Shown: positions 1-9,602, numbered from the stretch's first letter. The stretch is DNA of 64,000 bases from Planctomycetota bacterium (GCA_016179685.1 JACPCR010000088.1:627-64626), one strand, 5' to 3'. The notes: generated by a model from the sequence alone, not told the origin. Numbers and translations: made by a program.

Positions 1-1148
1 AGATCGAATTGGTCACCGAGGCCATCCGGTCGCAGAACCTGTTCGGGCCCAGCGGCCGGATGGTATCCGAGTTCGAGCGCCGATTTGCGGCGCTCTACGG
101 ACTCCAGCATGCCGCTGCGTCTTCATCCGGAACGGCGGCCATCCACGTGGCGGTGGGCACGATCAATCCGGACCCCGGCGATGAGATCATCACGGCCCCG
201 ATCACCGACCTCGGCTCCGTCGTGCCGATCCTTTACCAGACGGCCGTTCCGGTCTTTGCCGACGTGGACGGGACTTACACGATGGACCCGGAGGACGTGG
301 AGAGGAAGATCACGCGGCGCACGAAGGCCATCCTGGTGGTGCATCTTTTCGGCAATCCGTGCGACATGGATGCGATGCTGGATATTTCGAAACGGCACGG
401 GATTCCGCTCATCGAGGATTGCAGCCAGGCGCACTTGACGGCCTACCGGGGCCGCCTCGTCGGCACGATGGGCGATCTCGGAGCCTTCAGTCTCCAGCAG
501 TCGAAGCACTTGACGACGGGCGACGGCGGGATGACCGTGACGCGTCGCGGCGAATGGGCCGAACGGATGCGGCTCTTCGTGGACAAGGCCTGGACGCGCA
601 AGCCCGGCTGGGGCCCGAGGACCTATCTCTTCCTGTCTCCGAACTACCGGATGACGGAGCTGCAGGGCGCGGTGGGCATCGCCCAGTGCGAACGCGTGCA
701 GGGAGTGGTACGCCGCCGAAACGAGCTGGGAAGCCTGCTGTCGAGGCTCATCGAGGGCATTCGCGGGGTTCATGCGCCTCCGGTGACCCCTGGCGGCGTG
801 CACACCTACTGGTCGTACCCCTTGCGGGTGACACGGTGGAAGCCCGAAACTTTCGCCAAGGCTCTGCAGGCCGAGGGCGTTCCGGCCAGCGGCGGCTACA
901 TCGGCAAGCCGATCTTCCTGTGCGCGGACGCGTTATGCCGCTGGGAGACCTTCGGCAGGTCGGGTTTCCCGTTCACTTCGCCTTACGTGGATGGCAGACG
1001 GGTGTACGACGAATCGCTCTGCCCGAGGGCGCAGGAAGCACTCGACCACATGGTGAACCTGCCGGTTCACGAGAGCTTGGCGGATGAGGACGTGAAGGAC
1101 ATGGCGCGGGCGGTGCAGAAGGTCTCCGCGATCCTTCCGGACTCGTAA
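1..1148 (+). CDS. DegT/DnrJ/EryC1/StrS-family PLP-dependent sugar aminotransferase (5' end runs off the window)
   Basis: The frame of ORF 9..1148 stays open back to nt 3. Family hallmarks are present: SGTAAIHVAV, PGDEIITAP, VPVFADVD, KAILVVHLFGNPCDMD, IPLIEDCSQA, and the Lys-containing FSLQQSKHLTTGDGG (PLP lysine region). Confidence 0.85.
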   Translation, partial: IELVTEAIRSQNLFGPSGRMVSEFERRFAALYGLQHAAASSSGTAAIHVAVGTINPDPGDEIITAPITDLGSVVPILYQTAVPVFADVDGTYTMDPEDVERKITRRTKAILVVHLFGNPCDMDAMLDISKRHGIPLIEDCSQAHLTAYRGRLVGTMGDLGAFSLQQSKHLTTGDGGMTVTRRGEWAERMRLFVDKAWTRKPGWGPRTYLFLSPNYRMTELQGAVGIAQCERVQGVVRRRNELGSLLSRLIEGIRGVHAPPVTPGGVHTYWSYPLRVTRWKPETFAKALQAEGVPASGGYIGKPIFLCADALCRWETFGRSGFPFTSPYVDGRRVYDESLCPRAQEALDHMVNLPVHESLADEDVKDMARAVQKVSAILPDS

Positions 1149-1311
1149 CTCGCAGATCAGCATCTCCGGAGTCGAGGGATCACGCTGTCGTCACGGATAT
1201 CCTGAGACGCAACCCATCATTCGGCCTCCACTCTTGCATCACCCGGAAGGCGTCCCTAGAATGCCATTTCCGTTTCTGAAGTGGGGTTGATTTCGAACAG
1301 GGAGCATGATC

Positions 1312-2235
1312 ATGCCGAAGGTCAGCATCATCGGGGCGGGTAACGTCGGGGCCTCCGCGGCCCTCCGCCTGGCCGAACGCGACGTAGCGGACATCGTGAT
1401 GGTGGACATCGTGGAAGGATTGCCGCAGGGGAAGGCATTGGACATGGTCCAGGCCGCGCCGCTGGCTGCTTTCAGCGTAGGAATAACGGGAACCACCAAC
1501 CAGTACGAGTCCATCTCGGGGTCGGACGTCGTCATCGTCACTTCCGGGCTGCCGCGCAAACCGGGGATGACGCGTGAGGACCTTCTGAAGGTGAACGCGG
1601 ACATCGTGAGCAAGGTGACGCAGCAGGTGGTGAAGTACGCGCCGAAGTGCGTCCTCCTCATGCTCACTAATCCGCTTGATCTGATGACCTACCATGCCTG
1701 GAAGGTTTCTGGCTTCCCGGCCCAGCGGGTGCTGGGCCAGTCGGGCGTGCTGGATTCCGCGCGGTTCAGCACTTTTGTGGCCGAGGCGCTGGGCATTTCG
1801 CCCGCGGACGTCACCGCGATGGTGATGGGCGGGCACGGGGACACGATGGTGCCGTTGCCGCGCTACACGACGGTAAGCGGGATTTCGGTTGTGGACCTGC
1901 TGCCCGCGGAGCAGATCGGGAGGATCGCGCAGCGTACGCGGGACGGCGGAGCGGAGATCGTGAACTTGATGAAGACCAGCGGGTACTATGCGGCAGGCGC
2001 GTCCCTGGCGAAGATGGCCGAGGCCATCGTACGCGACCAGAAGCGCATTCTGCCGGCGTCGGCCTATCTGACGGGCCAGTATGGCATTCGGGACCTCTAC
2101 ATCGGGGTGCCGATCAAGCTGGGGGCGGGCGGCGTGGAGCAAATCCTGGAGCTGAAGCTGACGGACGCGGAGTTGGGCGAGCTGCGAAAGTCCGCCGGAT
2201 TCTACAAGGAACAGCTCAAAGTCCTTGGATATTAG
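1312..2235 (+). CDS. mdh: malate dehydrogenase (LDH-like type)
   Basis: Motifs seen: KVSIIGAGNVG Rossmann motif, GLPQGKALD, VTSGLPRKPGMTREDLL, LTNPLD, GGHGDTMVP. GGGAG lies 7 nt upstream of ATG 1312. ATG 1306 from the ORF track is an alternative start. Confidence 0.9.
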   Translation: MPKVSIIGAGNVGASAALRLAERDVADIVMVDIVEGLPQGKALDMVQAAPLAAFSVGITGTTNQYESISGSDVVIVTSGLPRKPGMTREDLLKVNADIVSKVTQQVVKYAPKCVLLMLTNPLDLMTYHAWKVSGFPAQRVLGQSGVLDSARFSTFVAEALGISPADVTAMVMGGHGDTMVPLPRYTTVSGISVVDLLPAEQIGRIAQRTRDGGAEIVNLMKTSGYYAAGASLAKMAEAIVRDQKRILPASAYLTGQYGIRDLYIGVPIKLGAGGVEQILELKLTDAELGELRKSAGFYKEQLKVLGY

Positions 2236-2283
2236 CGAAGCGCTGCCTTAAGGAAACCCCGAATTCGACGAGGAGGTCCGAGC

Positions 2284-3153
2284 ATGTTCAAGAGTCTGTC
2301 GCCGGGTGCGATCGGCATCAGCGCGTCCTTCGAAGAGGGTCTGAAGCTGGCCGCTGCGGCCGGTTTCGATGCCCTCGATTTGCCCATCGGATACCTGGCC
2401 GACCTGGCGGACCAGCATTCGATCGGGCACGTGAAGAGGCTCTTCGCTGACGCGGGCGTCCGGCCAGGGGGTTGGGGCCTTCCCGTCAATTACCGCGGAG
2501 CCGGGGAGGACTTCCAGAAGGGGCTGGACGGCCTGCCAAGGCTGGTACGGGCTGCGGCCGAGCTCGGATCGCCTTGGTGCGCTACCTGGATTCTGCCCTT
2601 TTCGGAGACCCTCGACTACCAGGCGAATTTTGACTTCCATGCCCGGCGGCTGGCGCGGTGCGCCCGAATCCTCCGCGACCACGACTGCCGGCTGGGCCTC
2701 GAGTTCATCGGGCCATGGACGATGCGACGCGAGAAGAAACACCCGTTCGTTTTCGACATGCCTGGCATGCTGAAACTGGCGGACGCCATCGGCACGGGCA
2801 ACGTGGGCCTGCTCCTGGACTGCTGGCACTGGTATACCTCGTTCGGGACAATCGGCGAGATTCTGCGCCTGGAAGGCCGGCAGATCGTCGTGGTCCATGT
2901 GAACGATGCGCCGGCGGGGATTCCCGCAGATGAACAGGTCGATAGCGTACGGGCGCTGCCGGCGACCACGGGCGTGATCGACATCCGGGGCTTCCTGAAG
3001 GCGCTGGGCTTGATCGGCTTCGACGGCCCGGTGGTCGTCGAGCCGTTCAACCAGGCGCTGAACGCGGTGGCGAAGGAGACTCCTTTGCAAGCGGCTCGGA
3101 TGGCGTCCGAGGCGCTCGGCCGGGCCTGGGCCTCGGCGGGACTGACGGGATAG
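2284..3153 (+). CDS. sugar phosphate isomerase/epimerase (xylose isomerase-like TIM barrel)
   Basis: 289-aa ORF with the typical family layout (GFDALDL near the N-terminus, LGLEFIGPW, LLLDCWHWY, VVVHVNDA). Substrate unknown. Confidence 0.7.
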   Translation: MFKSLSPGAIGISASFEEGLKLAAAAGFDALDLPIGYLADLADQHSIGHVKRLFADAGVRPGGWGLPVNYRGAGEDFQKGLDGLPRLVRAAAELGSPWCATWILPFSETLDYQANFDFHARRLARCARILRDHDCRLGLEFIGPWTMRREKKHPFVFDMPGMLKLADAIGTGNVGLLLDCWHWYTSFGTIGEILRLEGRQIVVVHVNDAPAGIPADEQVDSVRALPATTGVIDIRGFLKALGLIGFDGPVVVEPFNQALNAVAKETPLQAARMASEALGRAWASAGLTG

Positions 3154-3177
3154 GAATACGATCTGACCCGAGCTCGA

Positions 3178-4221
3178 TTACGGATGCCAGAGGGCGAGGC
3201 GGGCGGGGAGCTGGTCCGGAGTGGCGATGCCCGTCGTGCCGAGTTGTTGAACGGTGAGAGAGGCCACGAGGTTGGCCATCAGGGCGGCCTCGGCGAGCGT
3301 GGCCCCAGCGGCCAGGGCCATCACCGCCCCCGCGGTGGCGCTGTCGCCCGCACCCGTGGTGTCCGTCGGCTCGGGCACGGAGACCCCGCGAACCTTTTCG
3401 ATCCCGTCCTCTTTGAAAATCCAGATGCCTTGCTGGCCGCGGGTGACGAAGACGGGCATGGCGAGACGCTCCTGGAGGGCGCGGCCGCATCGGATGACGG
3501 TCTCGTCCGGAAAGCGTTCAGCGTGGTGGGCGGGGCTCTGGCTGGCCTCGATGGCGCGGACGCACTCGGTCTCGTTCGGCTTGGCATACATGCCGGTGAA
3601 GAGCCCGATGCGACGCCGGCTGTCCGCCCAAACGATCTTCTGGCGGTCGCTGAGCGCCCGGCTGATCAGGTATTCGCGGACGCCGGTGGTGATCACGCCG
3701 CGGTCTTCCTCTTCGACCTGATCGGCGACGACGATCGTGTCGACCTCGGGCCAGAGCGTGTCCAACTGCTCGATGAGCAGGTTTTCCACCTGGGCCGGCA
3801 AGGCCGACCGGTTCTTGGTGTCGTAGCGTTCCCGCTCGGCCTCGAGGCCGGCTTTCCCTCTGACCAGGGTCTTGTGGTAGACGGGGGTGAACAGGTCGGC
3901 AAAGGCCAAGAGGGCGGACACGTCGCACATCTGGCGATTCAGGGCGCGGCGCAGCTCAAAGGCTTCGCCCTCGTCTCCCGTGATGCCGACGGCGAACAGG
4001 CGTCCTGCACCGAGCCCGCGGAGGTTGTTGACGACCGTTCCTGCCGCGCCCGGCGAGTGCCACTTGCGGACGACCTGGTGTGCGGCGAGGCCGGTCTCCA
4101 CGGAAACCTCGTCCAGCGCGGGGTCGATTTCCTGGTACTTGTCGAGGAAGAAGTCGCCGACCACGGCGATCCGGGTGGAGGGGAAGTGTTCGATGAGTTG
4201 AGCGAGTCGCTGTGGGGTCAT
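3178..4221 (-). CDS. PfkB-family carbohydrate kinase (RfaE domain-I-like)
   Basis: Has the N-terminal IAVVGDFFLDKY and the C-terminal PfkB signature DTTGAGDSATAGAVMALAAGATL. Its start overlaps the stop of the upstream gene by 4 nt. Confidence 0.75.
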   Translation of the reverse strand: MTPQRLAQLIEHFPSTRIAVVGDFFLDKYQEIDPALDEVSVETGLAAHQVVRKWHSPGAAGTVVNNLRGLGAGRLFAVGITGDEGEAFELRRALNRQMCDVSALLAFADLFTPVYHKTLVRGKAGLEAERERYDTKNRSALPAQVENLLIEQLDTLWPEVDTIVVADQVEEEDRGVITTGVREYLISRALSDRQKIVWADSRRRIGLFTGMYAKPNETECVRAIEASQSPAHHAERFPDETVIRCGRALQERLAMPVFVTRGQQGIWIFKEDGIEKVRGVSVPEPTDTTGAGDSATAGAVMALAAGATLAEAALMANLVASLTVQQLGTTGIATPDQLPARLALWHP

Positions 4222-5192
4222 GAGTCCGGCCGCAACCGGCGCAGGTGGTGATAAAGAGTGGGGAAAGTCTGTGCATGGTCGCCCTGGACGTAAGTGCTTT
4301 TGCCGCCGTCGGCGACGGTACGGACGAGGATGGTTTTCCAGGGCCGAAAATAATAGCCGGCCGTGCCTCTCGGCGCTTCCTGCCGGTAGTCCTCGCCCTC
4401 GAGGGGAACGAGGTCGAAGACGGCGGTATGGAAGGCAGCGATGCGGCGGCCTTGCTGGCAGGCGACGTTTCGCGCCATGGCCAGGGCTTTAAGGTAGACC
4501 TCGGGTCCCATGACGGCGGTGCCGAAATTGAGGAAGACGCCGCCTTCGAGGCGGGTGACGCTTTGAGTGAAGATGAGGAAATCGGCGTACGTAGCCGACC
4601 CGATGGCCCCGCCGTCGCAGTTCGGGTGCTCGTGGACGATGTCCTGGCCGATGGAGACATGGACGGTGACCGGAACCTGATAGCGGTGTCCGGCGGCGAG
4701 GACCGTGACGCCGCGGTTGGGGAAGGCTTGTTCCTCGAAAATGCGGCCGAGAGTCTCGCCGAACCCGAGGCCCCGGCGTGCGGCGACTCCGGCGTAGTCA
4801 TTGAGCCGGCCCGTTTCTTCCCAGAGGCCGAACTCGCCGGTGCGGACGTAGCGAGCGACGCTTTCACAGGTATGGCCGATGGTGGCCAGTTCCAGCTCGT
4901 GGATGGCGCCGGCCCCATTCATGGCCACGTGGGTCATCAGGCCCCGGCGCATCAGGTCGGCGATCAGCGGCCCGTTCCCGGCCCGGATGACGTGGGCGCC
5001 CATCATCAGGATGACACCGGCGTCCCGGTCCCGAGCGGCAAGAATCTCCCGGGCCAACGCCTCGATGACCGGCTTGTCCATCGGCACGATCGGTCCGTCC
5101 GGGCTTTTCATCACGGACAGGTCCAGGTCATGGCGGCGTTCAGCGAGCGGTTTCAGCCGGAGTCGGGAGCGGTCGAATTGCTGGAAAGGCAT
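4218..5192 (-). CDS. deoxyhypusine-synthase-like (DS family) protein, function unknown
   Basis: 324 aa. The pattern VILMMGAHVIRAGNGPLIADLMRRGLMTHVAMNGAGAIHELE parallels the DHS block (..GFTSN.ISSG.R..I..LV....VD.IVTTAGG.EED) recalled from memory. No search was done. Confidence 0.4.
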   Translation of the reverse strand: MPFQQFDRSRLRLKPLAERRHDLDLSVMKSPDGPIVPMDKPVIEALAREILAARDRDAGVILMMGAHVIRAGNGPLIADLMRRGLMTHVAMNGAGAIHELELATIGHTCESVARYVRTGEFGLWEETGRLNDYAGVAARRGLGFGETLGRIFEEQAFPNRGVTVLAAGHRYQVPVTVHVSIGQDIVHEHPNCDGGAIGSATYADFLIFTQSVTRLEGGVFLNFGTAVMGPEVYLKALAMARNVACQQGRRIAAFHTAVFDLVPLEGEDYRQEAPRGTAGYYFRPWKTILVRTVADGGKSTYVQGDHAQTFPTLYHHLRRLRPDS

Positions 5193-5427
5193 GGTTGGCG
5201 GCGCCAGAGATTGGGTGTCGGCTGCCCGTGTCGATTTGAGAATGTACCACTTAAAGCCGGCGAACGCCCCTTGGCAACCTTTTTTGCGGGTGACGGCTTG
5301 CGTAAGAACTTGTTGAATTCAGCGAGTTGCCCCTTCATCGACAGCCCCAGATCGAAGGTCCCTCCCGCGTCCCAACGTCCCAACGGGATCCCTATGGGAG
5401 GATCCCTCCGGTAGGGACAAGTTTGGG

Positions 5428-5720
5428 ATGAGGGAAATCATGGTTTTGCTAAGTGATGACGTCAAGTGCAACCTGGTGGGCATGCCGCAGGCCGACGCTA
5501 TCGATCTCATCGTGTTCTGCCTGGGGAATCCCAAGCCGTGTCCGGTGCCCGAGGTGACGCATCCGGGCGATCCCGAGCCGAAGATATCGGCGCCGGGCGG
5601 GGACATGCAAACGGATTTCCGAGATGCTCGGTGTACCGGAGGGCGGCGTGCGGGCGGAGTGAAGGACATGCGTCCGCTTTGGTGCGAGGACAGCGTGGCG
5701 TTTCTCAGGGTGTGGCAGGG
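5428..5720 (+). pseudogene. decayed fragment of a DUF1445 / putative hydro-lyase (D-glutamate cyclase-like) gene
   Basis: CNLVGMPQADAIDLIVFCLGNPKPCPVPEVTHPGDPEPKISAPGGDMQTDF matches the remembered DUF1445 core (ANLVILP..A.DFLLFCQRNPKPCPLL.V..PG.P.P..AP.ADIRTD). The next conserved piece (PRYRVYRDG-like PRCSVYRR) lies in another frame (ORF 5466..5741), and the match then returns to the first frame (DMRPLWCEDSVAFL). The ORF is far shorter than a full-length member. Confidence 0.5.
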
Positions 5721-5763
5721 TTTGTCGTCTGGCGTGGTTAATGGGCGCTTGCCGTTTCTGGAC

Positions 5764-5792
5764 GCCGCGCCGCATAGTTTATAAAGTGTGCG
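5764..5792 (+). promoter_or_regulatory. 29-nt motif copy 1 (GCCGCGCCGCATAGTTTATAAAGTGTGCG) ending 2 nt before the ArsR-like ATG; contains a TATAAA -10-like box
   Basis: It is repeated with 2 mismatches at 6376..6404. TATAAA at 5779..5784 lies ~10 nt before ATG 5795, which would fit a leaderless or near-leaderless transcript. Confidence 0.35.
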
Positions 5793-5794
5793 TT

Positions 5795-6373
5795 ATGGTT
5801 CAGAAAAAAACTCTGCCGGCTCACCCCACGCTCTGGCGAACGTGCCGCGCCCTTGCCAACCGACTTCGCTTGCGGTTGCTTCAGCACCTTTTTCACCGCT
5901 CCGATCAGTCTGTCTCGGAGGTAGCCAGAGCACTGAAGGTACGCCGATCCGTGACCACGCAATACCTGAGGGCCTTGAACGCTCGGGGATTGCTGGGCGT
6001 GCGTCGGGTGGGGCGGTGGGTGTATTACCGCCCAGCCCCGGATGACTCGATCCTCTCCTCCACGGATCTCTTGAGCGCCCTACGACGGACATTCGAGGGC
6101 ACGAACAATCCGATTGACGAGATTTTTCTGCTCTCCACTGCCTTTACGCACCCACGGCGTGAAAAAATCTATCGGGCGCTAAGTGGCCGCGGTCTGACCC
6201 TTAAGGCTTTGAAGGAGGAGACAGGGATTTCCTCCGATGCCCTGCGGAGGCACTTGAACAAGTTGCGCTGCAGAGGGTTTATCCGCATGGAAGGTGGAAT
6301 CTATCGGGCCTGTGTGCCTGAGAGCCCGCTGGCCCGGGTCCTTGTGCGTCTCGCTGTCACGTCACGGGAATAG
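5795..6373 (+). CDS. ArsR-like winged-helix transcriptional regulator with two tandem wHTH domains
   Basis: First wHTH: LWRTCRALANRLRLRLLQHLFHRSDQSVSEVARALKVRRSVTTQYLRALNARGLLGVRRVGRWVYY. A second similar unit follows: RREKIYRALSGRGLTLKALKEETGISSDALRRHLNKLRCRGFI. Start chosen at the internal ATG 5795 of ORF 5741..6373. Confidence 0.65.
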   Translation: MVQKKTLPAHPTLWRTCRALANRLRLRLLQHLFHRSDQSVSEVARALKVRRSVTTQYLRALNARGLLGVRRVGRWVYYRPAPDDSILSSTDLLSALRRTFEGTNNPIDEIFLLSTAFTHPRREKIYRALSGRGLTLKALKEETGISSDALRRHLNKLRCRGFIRMEGGIYRACVPESPLARVLVRLAVTSRE

Positions 6374-6375
6374 TT

Positions 6376-6410
6376 GCCGCGCCGCACAGTTTATAACGTG
6401 TGCGGCGCGC
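6376..6410 (+). promoter_or_regulatory. 29-nt motif copy 2, here forming an 11-bp GC-rich hairpin (CGCGCCGCACA/TGTGCGGCGCG) directly after the ArsR-like stop codon
   Basis: Stem arms are 6378..6388 and 6399..6409 with loop GTTTATAACG. No T-run follows, so it may be an operator dyad and/or a factor-dependent terminator. Confidence 0.4.
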
Positions 6411-6688
6411 GGGCGACGAGCCCGCGTTACGATGAAGGCCGACCCGGTTACAGACTCTCCGTGGTTATTCCGAGGCGGTCCAGCTCAGGCGCGGGCCAGG
6501 GAACACCGCTCTCCGCGAGGGACATAAAACGATAAACTCCAGGGGGTCTGGGGGACGGAGTTCCCCACGATGGCCATTCGCGCTGACCGCAACCTATTGG
6601 GGTGACCCACTGGAAAACCGGAAGAACCGTCAATTCATTCAATCGAAATGGCTCTTATATTTCGCCGAAGCGAATGGGGTTATTCGCC

Positions 6689-8605
6689 CTACCAGCAGAT
6701 ACGTTCGTTTGAAACGAAACGCTCTACCTTCCGCCACCGGGTGCTGTTTTCACGGTAGTGCTCCCGCTGGTACAGAGGCCAAATCATCCCCGGAGGAATG
6801 ATGCGAACGACCTCATTGCCCTTGCGGATGAGCGTGTAATTGACTTTCTCAATCCACGCTTTGTCCGTCCGCTCGGCTATGGAGAAGGTGAGTGTTGTCT
6901 CATCTCCTGGGCTGACACCACCTACCTGCACGTAGCGGCCATCGAAGCGGATGCGACGCTCCTGGCCATTGACTGAGCAGCGCACCTCATCGGGCGTTAC
7001 CCACTCCGGAATGCGGACCGACAGTGCCACCGGCTGCTTGACCTTCACGTCCACCTGGCCCGTGTACGGGATATGGCTGTTGATGTCCGCCCAAGGGGAT
7101 GCCCGGTTGAGCAGCAGGTTCACCCTGAGTTTGCCGTTTTCGTATGCGAGGATGTTCTCCCAGATGTAATAGAGTGCACGTGTGGCATTGCCGGTACAGC
7201 AGTGCATGATGCCCGGACCCTGCCCCAACCAGTCATTGGCGGAGGGCCAACCCGCGAAAGCCCCCACGTTTCGTTCGGGCACACGGTCGCAGCACGTGAC
7301 CACGGGGTCAAAGGTCGCGTCAGGCATTTTCGGGCCCGCCGTGCCCGCTCGATAGGCCCAGTCGGACTGCAGAAGCTGGCCTTCGGCGAACTGATTCCGA
7401 ATCCACCGGTCCGCGTCATCCCAGTAATCGCCGAGTCCGGCCGCGCTGAGCTTGAGCGCCAAGCCGATCATCCCAGCCACCTCGCAAAGCTCCGAGGTTT
7501 GGAGGTCGTGAACGCGGTCGATGTTCTCCGGGAAATAGCCGACCAAGAGGTTGCCTTTGGTCTTGCTCCACTCGAAGGCCCGGCGCACAAAATCGGCAAG
7601 CTCCTTGTCCCCGACCGCCAGCGCGTGGTCCAACGTCCCCAACAGCGGCACCGTATGATGCTGGAAATGGATGTACTTCTTCCATTCGACCGTGCCTGGC
7701 TCAAAGCCTGGGACGCCATCCTTTTCGGGAACTCGGCCGCCGTCCTCACCTGCGTAATTGGGAAGGAATTCCCCGTCCGGCCCGTAGTAGCGCCCATGAC
7801 GGACGAGGTAGCGCGCCAATTTCCCGGCGATATCCATCGCCGGTTCATAGCGGCTGACGCGGTGATACTGAGCGAGTCCTTGAATGGTCCATCCGACGAG
7901 GCTGGACCAAATCCCGACGGGCATCGCGGCATCGCGGACCCGCGGCCGGTTCGGGTAAAACTCGCCTTGTGGGAAATAGGCGTAGTCCCCTTTGTCTATC
8001 ACGATGTCTCGGAGACCATCGACGATCCGGCGTATCTCTTGGTCCCAGGGGCCGGCCGGATCGCGCAGGTGGTAGAGCGTCATGGCCCCGATTCGCCTGC
8101 CCGTGAACAGGGGAAGCGAGTAGAAGTCCTCGGCGGGACGCGGCGGCGCTTCCTTCCTTGATGCATAGTGGACGCCCCAGTCCGGGGTCTTCACCCAAGG
8201 AAAGAATGGCCAGTAGACAAGCCCATCGGGCCCGATTTGGCGCAACGCGTTGGCCATCCAGGCACCATCCACCTGCTCGTTGAGATGGCTCCCGCTGGCC
8301 AGGCGCATGAGCGGCAGCGCTTCTTCAAACTTGACCCCGCAGATGTCCGAACCGCGGTGCCACATGGCAGGCGGATTGGTCCGGAAACTCACGTTGAAGT
8401 AAAGCATGTAATCTTTCCCTGCATCCAGGGGGCCGGTCAAGCCGTTTACAGCCAGCGCAGCACGCTCCTGGATATCCAGCGTGTCGGGCACCATCGTCTC
8501 GTAACGCTCACCTTGGTGTGGTGGAACATCGAACTTGGGAATCTCCTGACGAACATACGGGATGGGGTCGCCAGGGTTCCACGTTTTTTTGGACTTGTTG
8601 CTCAT
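6689..8605 (-). CDS. GH127-like (DUF1680, beta-L-arabinofuranosidase-like) six-hairpin protein
   Basis: 638 aa. It has the E-x-C motif (TSELCEVAG) and the Cys-Cys motif (MHCCTGNATRALYYIWE). These correspond to the Zn-binding/nucleophile Cys arrangement of GH127 HypBA1 as I remember it. Confidence 0.55.
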   Translation of the reverse strand: MSNKSKKTWNPGDPIPYVRQEIPKFDVPPHQGERYETMVPDTLDIQERAALAVNGLTGPLDAGKDYMLYFNVSFRTNPPAMWHRGSDICGVKFEEALPLMRLASGSHLNEQVDGAWMANALRQIGPDGLVYWPFFPWVKTPDWGVHYASRKEAPPRPAEDFYSLPLFTGRRIGAMTLYHLRDPAGPWDQEIRRIVDGLRDIVIDKGDYAYFPQGEFYPNRPRVRDAAMPVGIWSSLVGWTIQGLAQYHRVSRYEPAMDIAGKLARYLVRHGRYYGPDGEFLPNYAGEDGGRVPEKDGVPGFEPGTVEWKKYIHFQHHTVPLLGTLDHALAVGDKELADFVRRAFEWSKTKGNLLVGYFPENIDRVHDLQTSELCEVAGMIGLALKLSAAGLGDYWDDADRWIRNQFAEGQLLQSDWAYRAGTAGPKMPDATFDPVVTCCDRVPERNVGAFAGWPSANDWLGQGPGIMHCCTGNATRALYYIWENILAYENGKLRVNLLLNRASPWADINSHIPYTGQVDVKVKQPVALSVRIPEWVTPDEVRCSVNGQERRIRFDGRYVQVGGVSPGDETTLTFSIAERTDKAWIEKVNYTLIRKGNEVVRIIPPGMIWPLYQREHYRENSTRWRKVERFVSNERICW

Positions 8606-8642
8606 TTTTGCGATGACCCGGAATCGGGAAGCGAGGCGCGCA

Positions 8643-9599
8643 TCAGGGATCGGTGTCGCCCATGAGCCAGGAAACGAGGCGGGCCTGCTCCTGGAAATCC
8701 GGGATGACCAGGTCGGCCCCGATGCCCACCAGGCGATGCCGCTTCCACGGGTCCGGCCGGCCGCTGCGTCCGGCCTCGTCGCTGGCTACGGCCACGGCGG
8801 CGCCCCCGGCGGCCTTGATGTTCTCGATTTCGACGTATCCATCGCCGAAGCCGAGGAGGCGGTCGCCCGGGATTCGATTTTCCTTCAAAATGCGTTCGAT
8901 CACCATGGCCTTGGAGAAGTCGCGGACATCGGCCTTGGCCCCGAAGATGCGGCCTTCAAAGAAGGACGTCAGGCCGAGCAGGCCGGCCTCCTCCAGCACA
9001 TAGTTCTCGTCGGTCCCGCTGGCCAGGTAACAGCGCATTCCCCGCTCTACGAGATGGGCCAAGAGGTCGCGGCAGCCGGGCACGAGGAAGTCGTCGGGGT
9101 GGCCTCGCCCGGAGGCCAGGGCCTCTCGGCGCGACGCAATGTGCGCCATCAGGCGGTCGTGATACTGTCGTTTGTATTCCAGGGGATCGAGGGGCTGCCC
9201 GCCGCGCCGCACGACCTCCTCGCGGAGATGGATCATCTGGTAGAGGGTCTGCTTGCCCGTGAGGCGCATGACAAAATCCATGGTGATCTGTCGAAGCTCC
9301 TCGAAAGATTCGCGAGTGCCGGTGGCTTGGAGGATTTCGACCATCATGGGGACCATGACCTCGGGCCAGCCCTCGCGGATGAGGGACAGGGTGCCATCGA
9401 AGTCGAAGAGGACATGCTCGTAACGGCCGCGGCTCGCTGGCGTTCGGATGATCTCGATGCGGGTGCCGGGGAGGAAGAACGTGGGCGTCGAAGGGTCGTA
9501 CCGTGGGCGGAAGTCGGCCTCGGAGGCCAGGTCCCGGGACCTGGCCTCCTTTGGGGCCGTGGGAGTGTCGAGGTGAGCGGCCCGTTCCCTTCTCGCCAT
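8643..9599 (-). CDS. HAD-superfamily hydrolase
   Basis: Motif I is VLFDFDGTL and the C-terminal motif is GFGDGYVEIENIKAAGG. An N-terminal ~55-aa extension makes the start uncertain. Confidence 0.7.
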   Translation of the reverse strand: MARRERAAHLDTPTAPKEARSRDLASEADFRPRYDPSTPTFFLPGTRIEIIRTPASRGRYEHVLFDFDGTLSLIREGWPEVMVPMMVEILQATGTRESFEELRQITMDFVMRLTGKQTLYQMIHLREEVVRRGGQPLDPLEYKRQYHDRLMAHIASRREALASGRGHPDDFLVPGCRDLLAHLVERGMRCYLASGTDENYVLEEAGLLGLTSFFEGRIFGAKADVRDFSKAMVIERILKENRIPGDRLLGFGDGYVEIENIKAAGGAAVAVASDEAGRSGRPDPWKRHRLVGIGADLVIPDFQEQARLVSWLMGDTDP

Positions 9600-9602
9600 G
9601 GG

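Noticed and set aside
6640-6688. Overlapping short hairpins (TTCGC-CGAA-GCGAA; GCGAAT-N6-ATTCGC) after the GH127-like stop
   Set aside because: They may be a terminator, but the stems are only 5-6 bp, there is no U-run, and the competing folds are too weak to annotate.
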